In this document: piece after piece, positions 9,979 to 19,790 of the stretch
Layout of the letters: every line of letters starts with the position of its first letter
Numbering within the stretch: position 1 is the stretch's first letter
DNA from: Nannocystales bacterium
Lineage (GTDB): Bacteria; Myxococcota_A; Polyangia; Nannocystales; Nannocystaceae
NCBI GenBank assembly: GCA_050633305.1
Contig: JBOEGF010000018.1
Span: 64,001 to 128,000 of the forward strand
Direction: 5' to 3'
DNA: 64,000 nt
Program-made: the position numbers and the translations under genes
The notes under the pieces: generated by a model
Told to the model about the DNA's origin: nothing
Database searches by the model: none
The model's input: the letters and a program-made list of their open reading frames with translations, nothing else

Positions 9979-10899
9979 TCACGATTGGTGGACCGGCGCG
10001 GCGCAGGATGTCGCCGGAGTTCCGAACGCGTCCTTCCAGGCCGCGCGTTCGTGGGCGGGCAAGATGAACAGGGAGGGGTCTTGGTCCGAGAGTGCCCGCA
10101 ACCGGGCCACGTTTCGGTGCGCCTCGGGTTGGTCGACATCGGTGCGTCGCATGGCAGGGGTTTTTCCGCGAAGCCGCTCGAGCTGGGTTCGGCTGTTGAT
10201 GGCGTCGCCCACGTGAAAGACGCGGCGCCCGTCCGGGAGCGTCACGAACACGCCCACGCTTCCGGGGGTGTGGCCTGGCATGGGGACGACGACGAGGCTC
10301 CCGTCTCCGAACAGGTCGGCGTGACGCTCGAAGATCTCGTAGGGCCCGCCGGAGAAGTCCAGCGGCTCGAGTTGATCGACGAGTGCCTCGGCGTGCGCGG
10401 GGATGACCTCTTCGGTGAGGGCGTGGCGGCCGCGCTCGATGAGGGCGGCCTCGGCCTGGGAGACCCACACGGGGATGGGCGGGAGGTCGAGGATGCCTCC
10501 GATGTGGTCGAGGTGGGCGTGGGTCGGAAGGACGGCACGGACTTCGCTGGGGTGGACGCCAAGCTCGACCAAGAGAGCATCCATGGGGGTCTTGGGCTTG
10601 AGCGCCCCGGGGAAGGTCTTGAACCATCGCTTCGTGCCCCCTCGATAGACCTGCACCTCGGCGTCGAAGTTCGAGCTGTTACCCGCGTCGATGAGCACGG
10701 TGCCGCGATCGGGATGCCGCACCAAGATCGCCGACGCGGTGAACCCGAGCTTTCCGCGGCTCTCGATCCAGCACGCCTCGACGCTGGCGTCGGTCGAGCG
10801 GGCGACGCGGGAAGGGGGCTGGACCGGGTCGAGACGAGGTCTGCATCCGGATCCGAGCAACAGCAGCAGCGTGCCGAGTGCGGCAGAGTTCGTTCGCAT
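9979..10899 (-). CDS. Metallo-beta-lactamase-fold hydrolase, AHL-lactonase-like, lipoprotein
   Basis: HAHLDH (HxHxDH), GHTPG, GDA and terminal PAH motifs; lipobox-like LLGSGC. Confidence 0.88.
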   Translation of the reverse strand: MRTNSAALGTLLLLLGSGCRPRLDPVQPPSRVARSTDASVEACWIESRGKLGFTASAILVRHPDRGTVLIDAGNSSNFDAEVQVYRGGTKRWFKTFPGALKPKTPMDALLVELGVHPSEVRAVLPTHAHLDHIGGILDLPPIPVWVSQAEAALIERGRHALTEEVIPAHAEALVDQLEPLDFSGGPYEIFERHADLFGDGSLVVVPMPGHTPGSVGVFVTLPDGRRVFHVGDAINSRTQLERLRGKTPAMRRTDVDQPEAHRNVARLRALSDQDPSLFILPAHERAAWKDAFGTPATSCAAPVHQS

Positions 10900-10956
10900 G
10901 TTCTTGATCCTAGCGACCCGAGGTATGATGAAAAATGAAACGTTGTCAGGTCTTAC

Positions 10957-11931
10957 ATGAGCACTTTCGATGTACGGTCCTTCAACCTCAATCTTGTTTC
11001 GGCGCTAGACGCACTTCTTCGGCATCGGGCGGTGGGCGCGGCGGCGCGGGAGGTCGGGGTGAGTCAGAGCGCGATGAGTCACAGCCTGGCCAAGCTGCGT
11101 GAGCAGTTGGGAGACCCGTTGCTCGTCCCCCAAGGGCGAAGGTTTGAACTCTCGGCCCGCGCACGGGCGATCGCCGCCGACCTACCGGAGCTCCTCGACC
11201 GCTTGGGCGCAACGCTTGGCGGAGGGGCGTCGTTCGACCCCCGAACCGCGGAACTCACGATCCGGATCGCAACCGTGGACTACTTCGAGCTGACGGTGTT
11301 GCCGTCGTTGATGCTCTACCTTCGGGAGCACGCACCCCGGATCCGTCTGTCGATCGAACGGCTGACTCCAGATTCGGCGGCGCTTCTCCAATCGGGTCAT
11401 CTCGACTTCATCTTCGGCGGCACGATGTTGGTTCATGGCGCGGGGCTCGAATGTGCCGAGCTGTTTCAGGAGCCGTTCACCGTCATTGCACGCGAGGGCC
11501 ACCCCACGATTCGCCGCCGGCTCACGCTGAAAGCCTACCTCGGGGCTGTTCACGTGGTGGTGCGATTCGAGGGACGTGGCGTTCCGGTGGTCGATCGTGT
11601 TCTCGAGCGCGCGGGCCATCAGCGCACGGTGGGGCTGTATGTCCCCCACTTCGTCACCGCACCGCTCGCGGTGTCCGAGTCCGACATGATCTGCACGATC
11701 GCGCGCACGGTCGCGGAGCGGGCCCGTGCCTTGGTCGGACTTCGGTTGTTCACGCCACCGATCGAGCTTCCCCTCGCGTTGGTCCGGATGTGGTGGCCAC
11801 GGGTCCAGGAGCACGACCCTGGGCGCACGTGGTTCCGACGACTCTTGCTCAGCGGAAAGGGGATGCCGCCTGAACTCGGCCGGCGGGTTCGAGCGGCTCA
11901 AGCGGGCTCCGAGAGCGGCAGCGGGCCTTGA
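10957..11931 (+). CDS. LysR family transcriptional regulator (NodD/LeuO-like)
   Basis: HTH (NLNLVSALDALL...SQSAMSHSLAKLREQLGDPLL) and substrate-binding domain; divergent from the MBL gene. Confidence 0.95.
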   Translation: MSTFDVRSFNLNLVSALDALLRHRAVGAAAREVGVSQSAMSHSLAKLREQLGDPLLVPQGRRFELSARARAIAADLPELLDRLGATLGGGASFDPRTAELTIRIATVDYFELTVLPSLMLYLREHAPRIRLSIERLTPDSAALLQSGHLDFIFGGTMLVHGAGLECAELFQEPFTVIAREGHPTIRRRLTLKAYLGAVHVVVRFEGRGVPVVDRVLERAGHQRTVGLYVPHFVTAPLAVSESDMICTIARTVAERARALVGLRLFTPPIELPLALVRMWWPRVQEHDPGRTWFRRLLLSGKGMPPELGRRVRAAQAGSESGSGP

Positions 11932-12057
11932 CCGATGAGCGCTGGCGCCAATGTGGACCGACCCGCATAGTGACGGAACCATGCATGCTCAGCCGTTGTC
12001 CCCGAATCGCCTCATGCCTCCGGTCCTGGACGTGCGGTGCGGTGACCGAGGTGCAGC

Positions 12058-12996
12058 ATGACCGAGCCCGAAGCCGTTCAGGCCGCCCTTGACCACGCGC
12101 TGCGGCTCTCCTTGGCCAACCCCGAGGGCACGGTCGCGACCTACATCCCCGAACTCGGCAGCGTCGACCCCGATCGCACCAGCGCGGCTGTTGTGCTCAA
12201 CAGCGGCCAGGTGATCACCGCCGGAGAGGTCAGCGAGCACCGGTTTACCCTTCAGAGCGCGGCCAAGCTGATCGTCTTGTGTGGGGCGCTCGAAGAACTG
12301 GGGCCCGACTGCGTGTTTTCGGCGGTCGGCTCGGAGCCTTCGGGGGAGAGCTTTTCGTCCATCGCGCGGCTGGACTCCCGAGGGCCGCAGGCGGCAAACC
12401 CCATGGTCAACTCCGGAGCGATCACGTTGTGCGGGCTGATCGAGGGACAGGCGGAGGAGCGGATCGCGTGGATCGAGCGCTGGGCGAGCAAGCTGTGTGG
12501 CGTCGCCGTGGACGTCAACGCGCGTGTGCAGGCCTCGGAGCGCCGCACCGGAGACCGCAACCGCTCGATCGCCTATTTGCTGCGGAGCAATGGGTCGCTG
12601 TCCGGGTCCGTCGACGACGTGCTCGACGCCTACTTCGCGTTGTGTTCGCTGGAGGTCTCGGTCGTTGAGGCGGCGCACCTGGGCTGTGTTCTGGCGAACG
12701 GCGGTGTCGCTCCGTCGGGTGAGCGAATCGTCAGCGTGGACAATGCCCGACGGGTTGTTTCGCTCATGGCGAGCTGTGGGATGTACGACGAGTCGGGTAC
12801 GTACATGATGAAGACGGGCCTACCGGCCAAGAGCGGCGTGTCGGGAGTCATCGTCGCGTCGGCGGTTGCGGCAGGAGGCATCGCGGTTTGCAGCCCTCGG
12901 CTCAACAAGCGCGGGGGCAGCGTGCGCGGCCACGTAATTCTCGAACACCTCTCGGCCGCGCTGGGTTGGCACTTCGCCACGCAGACTCCGGCATGA
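12058..12996 (+). CDS. glsA: Glutaminase
   Basis: ATYIPEL, FTLQSAAK (catalytic SxxK), EPSGESF, NPMVNSGAI, CGMYDESG, GLPAKSGVSG. Confidence 0.95.
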   Translation: MTEPEAVQAALDHALRLSLANPEGTVATYIPELGSVDPDRTSAAVVLNSGQVITAGEVSEHRFTLQSAAKLIVLCGALEELGPDCVFSAVGSEPSGESFSSIARLDSRGPQAANPMVNSGAITLCGLIEGQAEERIAWIERWASKLCGVAVDVNARVQASERRTGDRNRSIAYLLRSNGSLSGSVDDVLDAYFALCSLEVSVVEAAHLGCVLANGGVAPSGERIVSVDNARRVVSLMASCGMYDESGTYMMKTGLPAKSGVSGVIVASAVAAGGIAVCSPRLNKRGGSVRGHVILEHLSAALGWHFATQTPA

Positions 12997-13019
12997 GCTG
13001 AAGTTCTCTGCGCTACTGT

Positions 13020-13439
13020 GTGACGGTGCAGCCGTTCCACCTTGCCATCGTCGTCGATGATCTCGATGCTGCTCGTGCGTTCTACGGGGGCACGCTGGGG
13101 TGTTCCGAAGGCCGGAGCAGCGATGCGTGGATCGACTTCGACCTCTTTGGGCACCAGCTCGTGACGCATCACCACGCGTCGGGGCCGGGCTCCTCTGTCA
13201 CCAATCCCGTCGACGCCCACGACGTTCCGGTGCCGCACTTTGGTGTGGTGTTGTCGTGGGGGCAGTTCGAGGCGTTTGCGCAACAGCTGCGGGACGCAGG
13301 CGTCGTGTTCGTCATCGAACCAACGGTCCGGTTCGCGGGGGAGGTCGGCGAGCAGGCGACGATGTTCTTTCGGGACCCGTCGGGCAACGCCCTCGAGTTC
13401 AAGGCATTCCGGGAACCCTCCCGGCTGTTTGCCACCTAA
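13020..13439 (+). CDS. VOC/glyoxalase family protein
   Basis: [45 protein letters not shown]. Confidence 0.93.
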   Translation: MTVQPFHLAIVVDDLDAARAFYGGTLGCSEGRSSDAWIDFDLFGHQLVTHHHASGPGSSVTNPVDAHDVPVPHFGVVLSWGQFEAFAQQLRDAGVVFVIEPTVRFAGEVGEQATMFFRDPSGNALEFKAFREPSRLFAT

Positions 13440-13455
13440 CAGACCGTGCCGCGCT

Positions 13456-14517
13456 CTACAACGCGACGCCTTCCCCGTCTTCCTCGCCTTCCTCGGCGGG
13501 TGTGTCGGGCTTGGGCATCGCGATCTCCGCCCACACCAGATAGTGGTCGCTCACGTCGCGGTACGGGTCCTCCTCGATCGGGATGGAGGGCCACGGCGAG
13601 TCATCGGGATCCTCGACTTCACGAACGACCTCATTCACCGCCGACGTTGTTGCGCTGCGCAGTTCGAGCCCGCACGAGATGATGTGGTCGCTGGGGTCGC
13701 CCGCGGTGTTGGTGGGTCCACTGTCCGCGGCAGAGTCGGTGCAGTCGTCGTCCTCCACCTTGTTGTGGCGGGCCGCCAGGATGCCCGGGGTGCGACGCGC
13801 GTAGTCGTCGTCGTACGGGTGGGACCTGGAGCCGAAGGTTCCAGTGACGAGAACGGGTCCACCGTCCAGCGACCGAGACAGCTCCCGCCGCAAGGATCGG
13901 GCGGCCTTCCGGCGCTTGGATGCGTATGCTGGTTGTTGCGACTCACGCAAGTGGAGAGCGACCACGGCGACCGTGTCTCCGGAGGGGAGCTCGACGTCGA
14001 CCGCCAGCTGCTTGTCGATGGAGGTCTGAAATCGGCGGACGTTGCTCATCGAGAACCGGGAGAGGATCGCGACATGCTGCCCGGTCGCCTTGTCGTGGGT
14101 CGGAAGGCAGGCGACCTCGTACCGATAGCCACCCCCGGCGAGGACAGCGTCGGCGACCTCCATCGCCTCCCGCTCTCCACCGATCTCGGTCAGCGTGACC
14201 ACGTCCAGTTCTTCGGCGACGAGGATCTTGGCGATGCTGTCGCGCTTCCACGTCCAGTCCTCCGCTGTCTTTGCGCGGTGGGGGCGGGCCTTCTTGGGCC
14301 GCTTGTCGACGTCGTCGAATGCCCACTCGACGTTGAAGGTCCCGACCGCGATCGCGTCCTCGGGGACCTTCGGGGGCGGCGGGGGCTCGGGTTCCGGTTC
14401 AGGTGGCGACTCTGGGCCTTCGGCGACGACGGGAGGCGACTGCGGTGGGGGCGCGGTCTTGCACCCCAAAGTAGCGACGGAGGCGAGGACACAGGTGCAC
14501 ACCAGAGCAGACTTCAT
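13456..14517 (-). CDS. Endonuclease/exonuclease/phosphatase family lipoprotein
   Basis: Lipobox TLGC; TFNVEW, DVVTLTEI, DHII and SDHYLV motifs. The GDFN motif is altered to GTFG. Confidence 0.85.
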   Translation of the reverse strand: MKSALVCTCVLASVATLGCKTAPPPQSPPVVAEGPESPPEPEPEPPPPPKVPEDAIAVGTFNVEWAFDDVDKRPKKARPHRAKTAEDWTWKRDSIAKILVAEELDVVTLTEIGGEREAMEVADAVLAGGGYRYEVACLPTHDKATGQHVAILSRFSMSNVRRFQTSIDKQLAVDVELPSGDTVAVVALHLRESQQPAYASKRRKAARSLRRELSRSLDGGPVLVTGTFGSRSHPYDDDYARRTPGILAARHNKVEDDDCTDSAADSGPTNTAGDPSDHIISCGLELRSATTSAVNEVVREVEDPDDSPWPSIPIEEDPYRDVSDHYLVWAEIAMPKPDTPAEEGEEDGEGVAL

Positions 14518-14621
14518 TGCGAGTCCTCCGTAACGCCGACGATGAACGTTCGCCGTTTCGGGTTGGGCCGAATCTTTGGGTCCGTCCCGTAACCGATCGT
14601 TTCCCCCCGCGTGAGGGGGGC

Positions 14622-15827
14622 ATGGAGAGACAAAACGACGTGGTCGTGGTGGGCGCCGGGATCGCTGGACTGGCATGCGCTGCCTTGCTCGGTCGTGCCG
14701 GGCGCTCGGTAACCCTGCTCGAGGCCGGCGCGGAGCCCGGCGGCCTGGCTCGCACCCGCGCGAAGGACGGGTTTTTGTTCAACCGTGGCGCTCATGCGCT
14801 GTATCGGGGGGGCGCGGCGCAGGCGGTGCTCTCATCGCTGGGGATCGAGCCGGTGGGACGTCCTCCGAGCTTGGGTGGGGTGGCGTTCTATCAGGGGCAG
14901 CGTCACCGGCTCCCGACGACCCCGTGGGGCATGCTGACGACAGGATTACTGAGCCTGCGGGGTCGAGGGGCGACGCTCAAGACGTTCGCTCGGCTTCCCC
15001 GGATCCAACCCGGCCCAGGTTCGGCCGCAGCGTGGTTGGAAGAGATCACCCCGGATGCCTCTGCCAGGGCGTTTCTTGCGTCGATGCTCCGGTTGTCGAC
15101 GTACTCCGGTGACCTCGGGAAGATCAGCGCGGCCGCGGCCGCGGACGCGTTGCGGCAGGCGTCGCAGCACGGCGTGGTCTACCTCGATGGCGGGTGGCAG
15201 CAGCTGGTCACCCGCTTGGTCGAATCCTGTGCGGCGGCGGGTGTGGAGATCGTGTGTCGAGCCCCGGTCGAGCAGGTTGTCGCTGGACAGGTCACACTGC
15301 GCGACGGGACGCGCCTGGACGCCGAAGAGGTCGTCCTTGCGGTGGCGCCCTCGGTGGCCCGTCGGTGGGTGGACGTGCCAGAACTCGGACACGCCCAGGT
15401 CGCGTGCCTGGATGTGGCCCTGCGCGAGCGTCCCAAGGGTCCCGGGCTCGCGTTCGACCTCGACGACCCGATGTACCTGTCGGTGCATTCAGATACGGCA
15501 GCCCTCGGGCCGAAGGGTGGTGCGGTCGTGCACACGCTGCACTACGGGGCGCCCGACGATGCGCGCAAGAGACTCGAAGGCCTCCTTGATCGGACCCTCG
15601 CTGGATGGCGGGACGACTGTGTCCACGCCCAATTCCTGCCGAAGATCACGGTGACGGAGGGCATCGTGCCCCCGCAGGGGAGACGGCCGGGGGTCCGGGT
15701 TCAGGGGATCTGGCGGGTCGGGGATGCGGTTGGGGAGCATGGTGCGTTGGCAGATGCGGCGTTCGGTTCGGCTCAGGAGGTTGCGCGTGCGATTGTTGAC
15801 TCCGCGGCGGGAGGCCGCGCCGCCTGA
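14622..15827 (+). CDS. FAD-dependent oxidoreductase (phytoene desaturase/amine oxidase-like)
   Basis: VVVGAGIAGL Rossmann motif, GGLART, FNRGAHALY, C-terminal VGD..G.LAD. Confidence 0.88.
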   Translation: MERQNDVVVVGAGIAGLACAALLGRAGRSVTLLEAGAEPGGLARTRAKDGFLFNRGAHALYRGGAAQAVLSSLGIEPVGRPPSLGGVAFYQGQRHRLPTTPWGMLTTGLLSLRGRGATLKTFARLPRIQPGPGSAAAWLEEITPDASARAFLASMLRLSTYSGDLGKISAAAAADALRQASQHGVVYLDGGWQQLVTRLVESCAAAGVEIVCRAPVEQVVAGQVTLRDGTRLDAEEVVLAVAPSVARRWVDVPELGHAQVACLDVALRERPKGPGLAFDLDDPMYLSVHSDTAALGPKGGAVVHTLHYGAPDDARKRLEGLLDRTLAGWRDDCVHAQFLPKITVTEGIVPPQGRRPGVRVQGIWRVGDAVGEHGALADAAFGSAQEVARAIVDSAAGGRAA

Positions 15828-15830
15828 CGC

Positions 15831-16766
15831 ATGTCCGCCGACCCGAGCACCGAAGCGATCTACGAGGCCCACGGCGACTACCTGTGGGGGCTCGCGTTTC
15901 GCATGCTCGGCGTTCGGGCGGATGCGGACGAGGTCGTTCAGGACGCCTTCGTTCGGTTGCTGCGGGCAGAACCCGACCGGACCGCCGCGATGAGACCGTG
16001 GCTGGTGCGAGTGACGATGAACCTCGCACGCGACCGCCTCCGGGCGCGCAAGCGCGAGACGTACATCGGGCCATGGCTTCCGGCCGTGACGGACTTGGGC
16101 ACGGGTGAGCCGGCATCGCTCCCGGGGGCCCGCTACACCGGGGTGGAGAGCTTGTCGCTGGGGTTTCTATGGGCCGCGGAGCAGCTTGATGACGTTCAGC
16201 GCGGGGTGCTCGTGTTGCGTGACGTCCTCGGGCATTCGGTTCGCGAGACCGCCGCGGCGCTCGAGCTGAGCGAGTCCAACGTCAAGGTCATCACGCATCG
16301 GGTTCGCGGACGCATGCGGGAGTGGGAGGCTTCGCAGAGGCGCAGCCTTGCCGTTCCCCACGAGCAGGTGATCGACGCGATGCGTCGGTTCTTCGGATCC
16401 GTCGCGGCAGGAGAGCGGGAGGAAGCCGAGGCTGCGCTCGCCGAAGATGTCCGGATGTTGTCCGACGGAGGCGATGAATTCTTCGCCGCGCGGAAGCCCG
16501 TCGTCGGCGCCGCCAAGGTCGCGGGGTTCTACGTCAAGATCGCGGCTGGAGAGGTGGCCGCCCCTACGCTCGAGATCCGAACGCTCGGAGGGATGCCGAC
16601 GCTGATCGTGCGCCGCCCGAAGGCCAAGGACAACAACGCGCCCGCGGCCTGCATTCAGGTCGAGTTGAACGAGTCCGGTCGGATCTCCCGCATCTACTCC
16701 GTCTTGGCGACGGCGAAGGTTCGGGGGATGCTCAGCGACCGAGCGCGTTCTGGATGCCCGTCATGA
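15831..16766 (+). CDS. ECF41 (SigJ-like) sigma factor with C-terminal SnoaL-like domain
   Basis: Sigma regions 2 and 4, linker RETYIGPWLP, and SDGG motif in the C-terminal extension. Confidence 0.88.
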   Translation: MSADPSTEAIYEAHGDYLWGLAFRMLGVRADADEVVQDAFVRLLRAEPDRTAAMRPWLVRVTMNLARDRLRARKRETYIGPWLPAVTDLGTGEPASLPGARYTGVESLSLGFLWAAEQLDDVQRGVLVLRDVLGHSVRETAAALELSESNVKVITHRVRGRMREWEASQRRSLAVPHEQVIDAMRRFFGSVAAGEREEAEAALAEDVRMLSDGGDEFFAARKPVVGAAKVAGFYVKIAAGEVAAPTLEIRTLGGMPTLIVRRPKAKDNNAPAACIQVELNESGRISRIYSVLATAKVRGMLSDRARSGCPS

Positions 16767-17646
16767 GGTCGTCGTCGGACGCGAAGAGTTCGTCGACTTC
16801 GTCTTGCTCGAAGAACCAGTCTCCGGGGCGACGGAACATCATGGGGTCGCGCTCCAAGGCGAGCTCGAGTCGCTCGGCAAGCTTGCGGGGGGATGCGCCT
16901 TCGACAAGCTCGATCTGCTGCTGCGCCACGAGCGTCTCGATGAAGGCGACGAACGGGTCCTTCTGCGCGGGAGCGCCCGACTCGTCGTCGTCCTCGAAGT
17001 CGTCGTCCTCATCGCCCAGCCCGGCGATCGCGGCGAAGAGCCGGGAGGCGACCGCATCGGAGGTCTTCTTCTCTCCGGTGCTTGCCTTGGCGGGCTTGCT
17101 GCCACCTGCGCCCGCGCTGCCAAAGAGGGAGCGAAGGTCGGGAAGTGCGGCGTCGTCCATGGCGTCGCCGGGAAGCGAGAGGGCGTCGGGGAACGGTGCT
17201 CCGCCGGGTGTTCGTGCGGCGTCGGTCAGGTGGGGGATCGACGGCCAGCGCGGCTCTGGCAGCTTGTCCTCCTTGGCGAGCACCAAGACGTACTGGGCAC
17301 CGATGCTCTCCTCGCAGTCGGGAAAGACCTCGTACAAGGCGCCCCAGTAGGAGCCGGCTTCGACGTCCCAGCTGCCCTGCGAGTCCCCGAGCTTCGTGCC
17401 GATGTGCACCGGGCCAGCGACGTTCAGGGGGAACGCGAAGGCTGAGTGCAGCACGTCGGCCACGGTGGGCAGGTCGTCTTCGGAGACAAGGCGCACGTTG
17501 AACGTGCCCTTCTCACCCAGCTCGATGCCGAAAGCTTGCGCGTCGGCGAGGGCCTTCGCCTGGGACTTTGATGGGTCTGCGTCGGCGTGATCGCCGACGT
17601 ACACCACGATGCGTCCCTCGGACGCTTTGCACTCGAGCGTGGCCAA
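16732..17646 (-). CDS. Hypothetical acidic protein
   Basis: Long ORF with protein-like composition; overlaps the convergent ECF41 3' end by 35 nt. Confidence 0.7.
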   Translation of the reverse strand: MATLECKASEGRIVVYVGDHADADPSKSQAKALADAQAFGIELGEKGTFNVRLVSEDDLPTVADVLHSAFAFPLNVAGPVHIGTKLGDSQGSWDVEAGSYWGALYEVFPDCEESIGAQYVLVLAKEDKLPEPRWPSIPHLTDAARTPGGAPFPDALSLPGDAMDDAALPDLRSLFGSAGAGGSKPAKASTGEKKTSDAVASRLFAAIAGLGDEDDDFEDDDESGAPAQKDPFVAFIETLVAQQQIELVEGASPRKLAERLELALERDPMMFRRPGDWFFEQDEVDELFASDDDLMTGIQNALGR

Positions 17647-17742
17647 AGCAGAGCGAGCGTCGTGCGAGGGCGCAGCGGCGTCAACCCCTGGCGCGGACCG
17701 AATCGCCGAAATCGCGTGAGGTTTCGGGCCGGAAAACCCGCG

Positions 17743-18477
17743 CTAGTCGTTCCCCGTCACAGTGAGGCTCCAGCTCGCCCCGACGGTGCATTCATCCGCT
17801 TTGGGGAAGATCTCCACGGCGACAATCGCATCGTCGTCGGTGTTGTTGGCCAGCGCTCCCTCGCCCCAGTCGAAGCGGACCGAGTCCGGCCCTGTTGTCT
17901 CGGAGGCCGCTTCGAGTCCCCCACACCCGTTGGCGTCCCCGGGGTCGCCAAGATACGCGCGCAGGTCCCAGTCCCCGCCGGTGCTGTCGAGGTCGAGCGT
18001 CACGCTCATCGCGGAGCCGAAAACACTGCTGTCGTTCTCGCTGACCTCAACCTGCAGCCACACCGGCTCCGTCCCCGTCTCGCCGATCGAGGGGACGGTG
18101 GTGTCTCCGGACACACCGCCCAGGGTGCTGGAGCTGTTGCACGTGGTCGGGAAATCGCACGGAAATGTCCCCGCGTTGCTGCCCGAACTGGAGGACGCGT
18201 CGCCGTTGGAGGACTCCTGCTGGGCCCCGGAGCTGGAGCCTGTGGACCCGTCGCTTTCCTCCTCCCCCTGGGTCGCAGCCCCGCTCGTGCTCGTGGTGTC
18301 CGAGGGCGGGTTGATGCCGGTGGTGAAGGGGCCGTCGGTGGTGCTGTCTGCGTCGTCGTCCGTCGCAGGTGGTGGCGCCGTCGTGATCGCGGGCCCAGCC
18401 GGGTCCGCTGAGCTTGCGCACCCGATCAACGCTACGCACACGCTCGCGCAGCCGCTCCACACCCGCCAACACACCAT
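17743..18477 (-). CDS. Lipoprotein with Ser/Thr linker and beta-sandwich-like C-terminal domain
   Basis: Lipobox LIGC; low-complexity linker; DWDLRAY motif. Confidence 0.75.
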   Translation of the reverse strand: MVCWRVWSGCASVCVALIGCASSADPAGPAITTAPPPATDDDADSTTDGPFTTGINPPSDTTSTSGAATQGEEESDGSTGSSSGAQQESSNGDASSSSGSNAGTFPCDFPTTCNSSSTLGGVSGDTTVPSIGETGTEPVWLQVEVSENDSSVFGSAMSVTLDLDSTGGDWDLRAYLGDPGDANGCGGLEAASETTGPDSVRFDWGEGALANNTDDDAIVAVEIFPKADECTVGASWSLTVTGND

Positions 18478-18508
18478 CCGAGTCTACCAAGACCCGGCTC
18501 TCGCGGCG

Positions 18509-18880
18509 TCATCCTTCGTCGAGTTGGGTCTTCAGACTGCCGTCGGCGATGGCTTTCGCCAGATCCGTGAAGCCTCCGAGAAGCGCGCCCCGGACAAACA
18601 CCTGTGGAAAGGTGGGCCACCCGCTCCACATCTTGATCGCCAACCGCGGCTTCCATTGCGACATGTAGCTGCCGTACTCCAGGTAGGTGAACGGGAGGTC
18701 GGCCTGCTTCAGAGCCGCGCGCGCCTTGCGAACGAAGGGGTTCTGCGACATCCCGACCAGGACCAAGGGCTCGCCTTCGACCGCCTTGGCAACCTCGTCG
18801 ACGACCTCGCGGTGAAAGTCCGCGACCTTCGTTGCGGTGCGTTCCGTGTATGCCGAGTCCGAGAGCAGGGGCCGTGCCAT
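18509..18880 (-). CDS. Glutaredoxin-like protein lacking cysteine
   Basis: Grx4-type WSGWPTFPQVFVRGALLGG motif; QNPFV at the active-site position. Confidence 0.85.
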   Translation of the reverse strand: MARPLLSDSAYTERTATKVADFHREVVDEVAKAVEGEPLVLVGMSQNPFVRKARAALKQADLPFTYLEYGSYMSQWKPRLAIKMWSGWPTFPQVFVRGALLGGFTDLAKAIADGSLKTQLDEG

Positions 18881-18989
18881 GGCGACGGCTTAGCAGGTTT
18901 GACTCGGCCCTCCACCTGCGCGGTTGCTCAGGTCTTCTCCGCATGCATGCACGCGGACTTTTGGGTTGCGGGGCCTCGCGTCGGGGCCT

Positions 18990-19702
18990 CGCTGGACACG
19001 GTGAGGTCCTCCGGGCTCGCGACGAGGGCGAGCTCTTGCGGGCCGCGGCGCGAGCGGGTGGGCCCTCCGCGGCGCAACGCCGGACCGTGGTCGCGGGCTT
19101 GGCGGTACGGCTGGGCGGGTTCTCCAAAGCCGCGGCCTCGAGCTTCGGGCTCTGGGCTGCGATCGCAGCCGCCGGTCTTGTCGTGGTGGGTGGCGACTTG
19201 GGTCTCGTTGCGCAGGACGACCCGCCCGCCTCCTCCGAGCGCTCCGATGTCGCGGTCATGCGTAGCGCGAAGGAGCCCGAGCCTACGGTCCAGGAGCCAG
19301 CGGCACCGGCAACCCCCGATCCGCGGGTGACGCCGATGACCCGAGCCCCATCGCCCGAGGCATCCAAGCCCGTGCCGCGTCGGACCGTCATCTGCGGTCG
19401 CAGCCCCGGCCCCTGCGCCGACCCTCGCGGCCGAAGCGAAGCTGGTGCGGGCGATCAAGGCAGCGGTCTCGACCGATCCCGCACGGGCGCTGAAACTGGT
19501 CGCGCAGCACGACGCCCTGTTCCCACGAGGTGTGCTCGCAGCCGAAGCGACCACGCTGCGTATCGAAGCGCTTTGCTCTCTCGGGCGCGACACGGAGCCC
19601 ATACCGCTGGCGCGTACCGTTCCCGCGACGCATCCATCCGCAGTCGTCAGCCGCCAACGTTGCCCAGAAAAGAGCGCGAGTCCGATCCGGAACGGAGAAT
19701 GA
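18990..19702 (+). pseudogene. Frameshifted myxobacterial anti-sigma-like membrane protein
   Basis: One frame gives the N-domain, TM and Pro linker (GGPSAAQRRTV...WAAIAAAGLVVVG). The C-terminal domain (LAAEAKLVR...HDALFPRGVLAAEATTLRIEALCSLGR) is in another frame, open only after TGA 19328-19330. The 5' end is approximate. Confidence 0.65.
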
Positions 19703-19790
19703 AGCCGCCGAAGCCTGCGGGGGGTCCGCTTCGAACCATCACTGTGACAGTTTTCCGGAACCTCGTCGCTAGGCTGGGTGTCGGAGACTC

